Source: Octopus vulgaris (Eukaryota). From it: a DNA stretch of 64,000 nt. How positions within the stretch are numbered: the stretch's first letter is position 1; every line of letters starts with the position of its first letter. The stretch is from positions 21,948,001 through 22,012,000 of the forward strand of contig OX597815.1 in NCBI GenBank assembly GCA_951406725.2, read 5' to 3'. Shown piece after piece: positions 55,340-64,000 of the stretch. A program made the translations under genes and the position numbers. The notes beneath the pieces were generated by a model that was not told where the DNA came from, searched no databases, and saw only the letters and a list, made by a program, of their open reading frames with translations.

Positions 55340-56498
55340 TATACGTATCCATATATGTAGGCATGCATAAAAGAAAATATTATGTTCGTTGTTGTAGAGC
55401 ACTCTACAGAGGATAATAATACATCAGCACGTTTGTTTAACTTGCGTTTCAGTTTGATGACTTAATACAGAAAAAGCCATTTGGCTAGAATAAAGGGAAC
55501 AGCATTATTCCCTGTACTATCATGGCCAAACATTAACATATCCGGTCTCAGCCATTTTTGATTCATTGTTTCCCTAATGCATCTCATTATCACAGCGACA
55601 ATTCGCATCTCTACGCCACTCCAGTGAGTCTATATCCTGTCTGTTGCCCCAAACTCTCTGTATCTTACATATATGAACGCGTGCTCGTGTATGTATGTAT
55701 GTATGTATGTATGTATGTATGTATGTATGTATGTATGTATGTATGTATGTATGTGTATGCATTCGTGTGTATGTGTACGTGTGTTTGTGTGCTTGTGTGT
55801 ATGTTTATGTATGTGTATTTATGTATCTAAGCCAGTCTAATTCTATTACTCGGAAGTGTTTATCTTCCAAAAACTTAGGTTATCATTATTTGCCTTTTAG
55901 TTGTTTCGTAGTCTTTGCTTCAAACACATAACTAGCTTTACATACTTCAACCATGTAGACACACACACACAGACACACACACGACCAACATATACACTCA
56001 CTCCTGCGCCAGTATGTCTTACCGAATGTATAAAATGGATATTTGGGTCTGTAACGAATAGGAATTTAACTGTATTATCATTAATTTTAGGCCGGGCAAT
56101 CATTGCGATGATGTGATAGTAAAGAGCTGTCCAAAAGGCATCTAGGTATGAGCCTATTAGTCTATGTTTACACTAAGCAGACATTGATTTTGTGTTCAGC
56201 CCATAAGGATACATTAAAATAAGTACCTACAGTACAATATAAACCAATTAATCGATTGTTCTCCTTTAACATTAAAAAAAAAAATTGCCTAGTTTTGTTT
56301 GTTTCCCCACAAGATACCGTTGCGTTATTTCTAGGTATTTGCCAAACATTTTGGATTCCGTGCGAATACTTTCAGCTCACGTATATACTACTCCTTACAG
56401 ATATGATATCCTTTGGAAATGCATGAGCAATGGAACTTCCTATTTTCCCCCCACATCCCTCCCACTCGTCGCCGGCTGCACTACATTTTTTTCCTTTT

Positions 56499-56995
56499 AC
56501 CACCACCACCACAACCATCACCACCATCAGAAACACCACCACCACCACCACCATCAGCACCAGCACCGCCAACATCATCAGCACTAGCACCGCCACAGCC
56601 ACCACCGCCGCCACTACCGCCACCATTACCACCGTCACTACCGCCGCCACTACCACCGCCACCACCCTCGCCGCCGCCGCCATATCACCACCTCAACCAC
56701 CACCACCATCACCACCTGTACATATTCGTCATCATTATTGCTGTCCTCATTTCTTGTCCTATAACGTTGCTGCTTTATCCTCCTCCTCCTCCTCCTATCC
56801 TCACCCCTTCCTCCCATCCTCACCACCTCCTCCCATCCTCACCTCCTCCAATCCTCCCCCTCCCCCTCCTCCTCCTCCTCCTCCTCCCATCCTCACCACT
56901 TCCTCCCATCCTCGCCACCTCCTCCCATCCTCACCTCCTCCAATCCTCACCCCCTCACCCTCCTCCTCCTCCTCCTCCGCCTCCGAAACCGCCGT
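56499..56995. repeat. CAC/CCG/CCT low-complexity tract
   Basis: Directly visible degenerate trinucleotide repeats. Confidence 0.85.
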
Positions 56996-57271
56996 ATAAT
57001 AAATTGTTACTTTTGTAAAGGTAAGAAAAAAGTTGACGACAACCTCCGGTGTGCTGTATTTGTGTTTCTACTTCAATTCTTTATTAGCCATTTCACTTCA
57101 CTTATCCTTCTAACTCATGAGAGTTTGAAAACGTCCTCATGAAAAACAGAAATCTTGTTTACATTTGTAGCTCATGCGAAGTTCTAGACATCATTCGGTT
57201 GAACTATTCACCCGTGTCTACATCTGCCACAATACGGGGCTGAACACTAATAATTTTAATGTAGCACAAAT

Positions 57272-57656
57272 ATGTCTAACGGAACAAAAATGAAAACTAC
57301 AACAGTGCACCAAATCGCATGCCCTATGATTAATGTGGAAGCGCGTCCCCTAGGAGAGAGCCAGCCTGGGGTCGAAAAGTTATCTACTGCCACAAACTCT
57401 TCTCTAAATACGAACCTAGATGGTCACTTGAACGGGAACTGCTCCAACTCGAGACCTCCAAGTCCACCATCACACCCATCACAGAGAGAAAAATTTAAGA
57501 GGATCAAATGGACCTGAGAAAAGTATACAGAAGTAATCTATGCCTATTACAATGCATTAGGTAGGCTGCCCGAGGAGAAGCACACCGCACACACTTATCA
57601 AATATGGAGAACCCGACAGCATACTATATGTGGACGAAAACAAGTTAGCAGATATC
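57272..57656 (+). pseudogene. N-terminal fragment of an R4/Dong-like non-LTR retrotransposon ORF
   Basis: ...KRIKWT*EKYTEVIYAYYNALGR...TYQIWRTR / YVDENKLADI resembles the myb-like N-terminal motif of R4/Dong ORFs; the TGA probably arose from CGA. Confidence 0.6.
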
Positions 57657-58111
57657 AGTCCCACTGCCATTTTAGCTTGGCGATAACTATTAATATCGAG
57701 GACCGCTGACCATAGTCTCCTTTAGCTCCAAGAGGTCATCGCCTCTAGCTAGCTATATGACATACGAACCTGTGTCCATTATAACCTTCGAACAGGGGAG
57801 GTCAGCCGCTTCTCCTTGCTGGTCAGGCAGCTGCAGACTAGTTCCAGGGTATATGCCCTTTATCAATGCAGAGCAGCCGAACCCAGCAGGCGTCGCTACT
57901 AACCGTCTGTTCCAAGGATTATTTACCTAAATTCAGTGGAATACTTCCACTGGTTTTCAAAAATACAAATATTAAAATTTCTAAGTCTCTGTTATAGAGA
58001 AACGCTGTCATCTGTTGGTATTGACACATCAATTAGAAAGCATTTATTTTCTTCATGATCTCTGACAACTTATATCTGGCCCATTGGCCTTAATTTCTTT
58101 ATCTGTGTGTA

Positions 58112-58252
58112 AAATTCCACCGACATCCACTTTGCCTTTCATCCTTTCGGGGTCGATAAATTAAGTACTAGTGAAACTCAGGGGTCGATGTAATCCACTA
58201 GTCTCCTCCCACCATATTATTATTATCATCATCATTATTATTATTATTGTTA

Positions 58253-58304
<52 letters not shown>

Positions 58305-58312
58305 TATTATTA

Positions 58313-58353
<41 letters not shown>

Positions 58354-58375
58354 ATTATCATCATCATCATCATCA

Positions 58376-58412
<37 letters not shown>

Positions 58413-58500
58413 GAGGCGAGCTGGTAAAATCGTTAGCATCCCGGGCGTAATGCTTAGCGGCATTTCGTCCGTCTTTACCTACTGAATTCAAATTCAGCCA
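58112..58500 (+). mobile_element. Two partial family A SINE fragments separated by an (ATT/ATC)n tract
   Basis: Core fragment at 58112-58210 and head fragment at 58411-58500. Confidence 0.75.
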
Positions 58501-58995
58501 TTGGTATCCTTGGGACAAAATCTGAAACGATTATCATTATTATGATTGTTACTGCTGTTGTCACAATTTCCTTCTATTGATTTATATAACTGCAATATGG
58601 TAAAGATTTAATGTTGGAAAGTGTTTTCAGATTTTTTTTATGACGCATGTAAATACTCGAATATATACACGAAGACACACATAGGCAAAAATAATTTGTG
58701 TGTGTGTAAGTGAGTGTGAGTGTGAGTGTATGTGTTTGTGCATGTGTGCAGCTACATACATTATGCGCGCACACACACACACACACAAACACGTACACAC
58801 ACGAATATTCACGCACACATACACACACATGCACACACACACACACACATACACATACACACACATACTCAAAAATTAAAAACAACAAGAACATTGAGAA
58901 AAAAATCTAATATCAAAGTAGAGACTAAATGAGTTATTACATAGAAGCAGAGTGGGACTCTGATTTCAAGTTCCACCGTTGATGTACATATACAT

Positions 58996-59060
<65 letters not shown>

Positions 59061-59223
59061 TTTGAACAGCCTAAGCGATAGCGAAGTTTCGCCCAGGACG
59101 GCTTTCAAATTATTTTGTAGTACTGGGTGTTGTGAAAAGACGTGAGCTCGATTTTCGGACCGGCCAGCATGTTGTGCTTTTGAGCAACACACATACACAC
59201 ACAAAACAATAATAATAATGATG

Positions 59224-59274
<51 letters not shown>

Positions 59275-59532
59275 CACTATTTCAGGTTCTTCTAGTACTG
59301 TGTGAGGACCGGGATATCAAAAATTAGAACCAGCGTGTCGTAAAAGAATTTGAGGTGGGATTTTCCCTGCGAACTCGTAACCCCCCTCCACCCCCCCAAA
59401 GACCCCTCACCAGTAACGACAACCCAAATAGTCCCATGGGTTGGAGGGTTGTTGCCTGAGTGATGCAAAGGCGTCATCCACCAGGAGTAATAGGAAATCT
59501 CCAACAAGTGGCAGCTGCTGCTGCTGCGACTA

Positions 59533-59602
<70 letters not shown>

Positions 59603-59948
59603 CACCACCACTACTACTACATGGTATTAGTTGTGTAAATACATTTAAGAGACATTGATGGTGGAACATATTTATTGCAATGGTGGACTTGGGACAATCG
59701 AAAAAATGAAAACGTCAAAAAAAAAAAAATAGAAAACAACCTAATGGAAGCGGCTGGAATATGGTTATACTTAACATGTGGTAAAATGGAAGGAACAAAC
59801 GATGGCAACGATTGCGAGATTATGGTTGGTTCACCCGATTGTGGCGTGTATGTGTTTATGTGTGAGTGGAAAGGATAACTTCGTATGTGGTTATTGATTA
59901 TTGTAGCGCATAAATGTGTTTGTACAGTGTACAGTATGTGTATATGCA

Positions 59949-60033
<85 letters not shown>

Positions 60034-60109
60034 ATATACATATACATATATACACGCATGTATATGTATGTATGTATATGTTCGTACATGTATATGTATG
60101 TATATATGT

Positions 60110-60165
<56 letters not shown>

Positions 60166-60674
60166 GTATATGTATGTATATGTGAATATATATATATATA
60201 TATATATATTCGTACATGTATATGTATGTATATATGTACATATATATATATATATATGTGTGTATGTATATATATATATATATGTATATATGAGGGTATT
60301 CGTTTTAGTATATTTATGTTTACCTACACACACACACACACACATATAATGTATAACACATATTTATATGTGTGTGTGTATGTGTGTGCTCGTGTATGTA
60401 TGTATGTGTGTGTGTGTGTGTGTGTGTGTCTGGTATGTAGCCTATCATGCTATATGAGGGTGAATTTGCATTTATCTATATGTGTTTAGCGGAAACTTGA
60501 TATTTTCCTTTTAAGCCAGATCAATTACTATACTCTTTATTTCGAAAAGATATCGCACAATTTATCATTACATTTAATATTCTTGTAGATTATTTCAAAG
60601 GAAATTTCATGAGATTCTTCGTCTGTATTGCTATTTAATTTTCTGTCTATCTTCTTCACATACATACTCTCTCT

Positions 60675-60735
<61 letters not shown>

Positions 60736-61266
60736 CCTCTCTCTCTCTCTTTATATATTTAGTATATATACGCGTATATACATATACATACACATACATA
60801 TAAATATACCACGAGACAGATAATTAGAGTGAGCAAGTGAGATTTATGTGTTTAAATGTATATATGTGTGCGAGTTTACGTATATATATATATATATATA
60901 TATATGCATGTATGTTTGGTGCAATAAGGAATGTTTTGGGCGATAATTATTCAGTGTTGTTACCCTTGTAAATATTATTCCACCGGTCTGGGCTGGGAAG
61001 AACCAATTACGAACAAACTGTCAGATTCGAAAAACTAAAGGGTAGAGACACTTCATTGTGTAACAATTCTCCACACATTCATGTTTCCGTTAGTGAGTTG
61101 TTTGAGTGTTGGTCAAATATATGGGTACCATTGTTTTCATAGATGACTTCCTTGTTCTTTTGGGCCAATTTTTATATTTATTTATTTCTGTTACTAACTT
61201 TTTTTTGCTTTTATACCATTTCAATAAACATCAAGAAAATTTCTGTTACACACGAGCGCACGCACG

Positions 61267-61351
<85 letters not shown>

Positions 61352-61847
61352 CTATACAAACACACACGCCCATACTTATATATTGTATTGGTGGATGTGT
61401 CCACCACAAAACAAAGAACAGATGTATAAATTTTATAATATTTTAACGCTGGATGACAGAAGAATGAAGTGTTCTATGTTTCGTACTGTGTTTCTTCTTC
61501 ATTACAAACCAAAGAAAACGTAGGAAAGAAAAAAAGCGAAAATATTCCATGGAATACGATTGCACATGTAGTTCCATGTGATGGCGTAATTTAAATGAGT
61601 GGTGATGAAAAGACTTAGAGAGAAGAAAAGATGTTTCATAGCTTAAAGATTGATGGCAAAGGGGACAATAGGCGAGCGAATCTTGTGTATATACGGGACG
61701 CGATGTGTGCGTATATTGTGTATATGCGCGCGTGTGTGTGTGTATGGTGAGTTTGTATACGTATGTCAATTATTGTATGCATTGTGTATGAAAAACGTTA
61801 TGTATATGTCCTATGCATGAATGTTTTGTGTATATTGTGAGTATATA

Positions 61848-62290
61848 GGCGCAGGAGTGGCTGTGTGGTAAGTAGCTTACTAACCAACCACATGGTTCCG
61901 GGTTCAGTCCCACTGCGTGGCATCTTGGGCAAGTGTCTTCTGCCATAGCCGCGGGCCGACCAATGCCTTGTGAGTGGATTTGGTAGACAGAAACTGAAAG
62001 AAGTCTGTCGTATATATATATGTATATATATATGTATATATATATATATGTATATGTATATATGTGTGTGTGTGTGTGTTTGTGTGTCTGTGTTTGTCCC
62101 CCTAGCATTGCTTGACAACCGATGCTGGTGTGTTTAGGTCCCCGTCACTTAGCGGTTCGGCAAAAGAGACCGATAGAATAAGTACTGGGCTTACAAAGAA
62201 TAAGTCCCGGGGTCGATTTGCTCGACTAAAGGCGGTGCTCCAGCATGGCCGCAGTCAAATGACTGAAACAAGTAAAAGAGTAAAAGAGTA
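61848..62290 (+). mobile_element. Full-length SINE family B
   Basis: GGCGCAGGAGTGGCTGTGTGGTAAG head, internal (TA)n(TG)n, (GTAAAAGA)2 tail, gagtatat flanking duplication. Confidence 0.92.
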
Positions 62291-62656
62291 TATGTTGCCT
62301 GTGTGTGTATGCAGATTAGATGCTCATGTGTGTCAGTGAGTATGGTATCCGGTATTCTGTTTGTATGCGCGTGTCTCGTCGGTTCTGTGTGTCCCCCCCC
62401 GGTTCTGTGGGTTTATTGTGCGGTATGTGTAATGTGATGCGTGCATGCATGAATGTGTGCGTGTGTAATATGTAGAGTGAATAGTGTTATTGTGTGGTGT
62501 ACGAAGTGAAACGTGGCTGCAATGTGCATAGCCATTATAAATAGAAGAATTTAGTACATGTCTGTGTGCCTGGTGTATATTGTTGGATCTAGGTATGTGC
62601 ACATTGATACATGTGTCTTAGTGCATGTGCTGGTGGATATATATATATATATATAT

Positions 62657-63040
62657 AATTAATCAATATAGGGTGGCAAAAAAAATTTTGTAGAATTCTT
62701 TTGCCACCAGCGGCCTAGTAGGAAAAAATTAAAATAGTCATAGACCATTTTTAAGTTCAACATCAACAATAAAGGAACGGCCATAATAGGCCATTCACCC
62801 ACTAGAAATAACAGCCAAAGCTTCAATCCGCAAATAAAAGTTAATTCAGTAAACCAGGAGAAAATTTAAAAATTTAAAAATTTAAAAATTTAAAAATTTA
62901 AAAATTAAAAATTTAAAAATTACAGGGTAAATGTTTTTAAATTTTCTCCTGGTTTACTGAATTAACTTTTATTTGCGGATTGAAGCTTTGGCTGTTATTT
63001 CTAGTGGGTGAATGGCCTATTATGGCCGTTCCTTTATTGT

Positions 63041-63044
<4 letters not shown>
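62657..63044. mobile_element. Fold-back element in (TA)n with perfect 111-bp inverted arms
   Basis: 62762-62872 is the exact reverse complement of 62934-63044; the spacer has (AATTTAAA)n; leader motifs are similar to the 23355 element. Confidence 0.85.
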
Positions 63045-63079
<35 letters not shown>

Positions 63080-63083
<4 letters not shown>

Positions 63084-63295
63084 ATCCAAACATGAAAACA
63101 CAAAAAGAAAACACAACAGCGCGAGGACGTGGAACAAATATAGTATTATTGGACGCTCAGGAAAGAAGGAGAGAAGGAGGGTTTAACGTTTCGAGCGGAG
63201 CTCTTCGTCGGAAACATAGGAGAAGGAAAGATCCAGAGAAGGGAAGACAGAGGAAAAAAATCGCCAACGGTACACACGCGGTCACATTTTGAATG
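63080..63295 (-). mobile_element. Family X-related element after (TA)n, with minimal hammerhead at 63181-63215
   Basis: Minus strand GUUU-CCGACGA-A-GAGC(ucc)GCUC-GAAA-CG-UU-AAAC; shares the TAGTAT..CGCTCAGGAA block with family X. Confidence 0.75.
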
Positions 63296-63679
63296 ATGTC
63301 ACAAGATAGATAGATAAGTCGGGTTGGCTTAGATGGTTGTGATATTTCGAGGTGCGTCGTAATAAGCTATTCGCGTTTTAACCGGGACGGGAGAGAATAG
63401 GTTACAGACAGATACGCACACAACACACACACACACATAAATGACACTGCACTTACATAATTCTTTCTACAAATATTCATGCTTGAATACATACGTACAA
63501 ACGCTCATGCAACACAACAAACCATAACAGACATACAAACTTCTCAGTGCACACATGCACACACAAACTGCGTCACATACAGAGAAGAATCATCTATTTA
63601 ATCTCTTTTCAATCGATCCCTTAATCGTGAAGCATTTTTCATTCATTCTCGAGTATGTATAATTTTGCTTCACGGATCT

Positions 63680-63740
<61 letters not shown>

Positions 63741-63862
63741 GTATGTATGTATATATATATATATATATAATATGAAGGAATATTATTCCAAACTTACAGG
63801 GAAAAATTTAATTTTATATATATATATAATATATACACATATATATATACATACATACATGC

Positions 63863-63899
<37 letters not shown>

Positions 63900-63916
63900 C
63901 ACACACACAAATATAT

Positions 63917-63955
<39 letters not shown>

Positions 63956-64000
63956 CACATACATATATATATATGTGTGTGTCCTATTATATTATCTTAT

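Noticed and set aside
56413-57018. Proline-rich 201-aa ORF (formin/extensin-like appearance)
   Set aside because: Built from CAC/CCG/CCT repeats, open in several frames, with no unique domain or splice context.
59290-59515. GC-richer block after (TAA)n, possibly a LINE 5' UTR (similar blocks at 50690-50840 and 57660-57920)
   Set aside because: Non-coding and single-copy in this window; the family cannot be assigned without a repeat library search.

Overview
AT-rich, microsatellite-dense eukaryotic DNA. The SINE families present look like coleoid cephalopod (most likely Octopus) repeats; this is recognition from memory, not a search. Almost all ORFs in the supplied track are microsatellite or repeat artefacts. 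The one supported host gene is the 5' part of a Ret-like receptor tyrosine kinase on the + strand: three phase-1 exons at 8110-8158, 17173-17418 and 26725-27018 encode a signal peptide and cadherin-like domains 1 and 2. No further exon was found, so intron 3 is probably >37 kb. The rest is mobile DNA: tRNA-derived SINEs (three families, several with clean TSDs), Tigger and mariner MITEs, and relics of RTE, R4/Dong, CR1-like, Tx1/L1-like and Penelope-like (PLE) retroelements. The most interesting signal is a set of at least seven short non-coding elements carrying minimal type-I hammerhead ribozyme folds with palindromic, near-absent stem III. They show five different cores: CUGAUGA, CUGAAGA, CUGUNGA, CCGACGA and a compensatory G3-C8 swap, GUGACCA. 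Several sit in (TA)n tracts or in fold-back (inverted pseudo-LTR-like) structures, and two lie in sense within the Ret intron. All folds were made by eye; no activity is shown.
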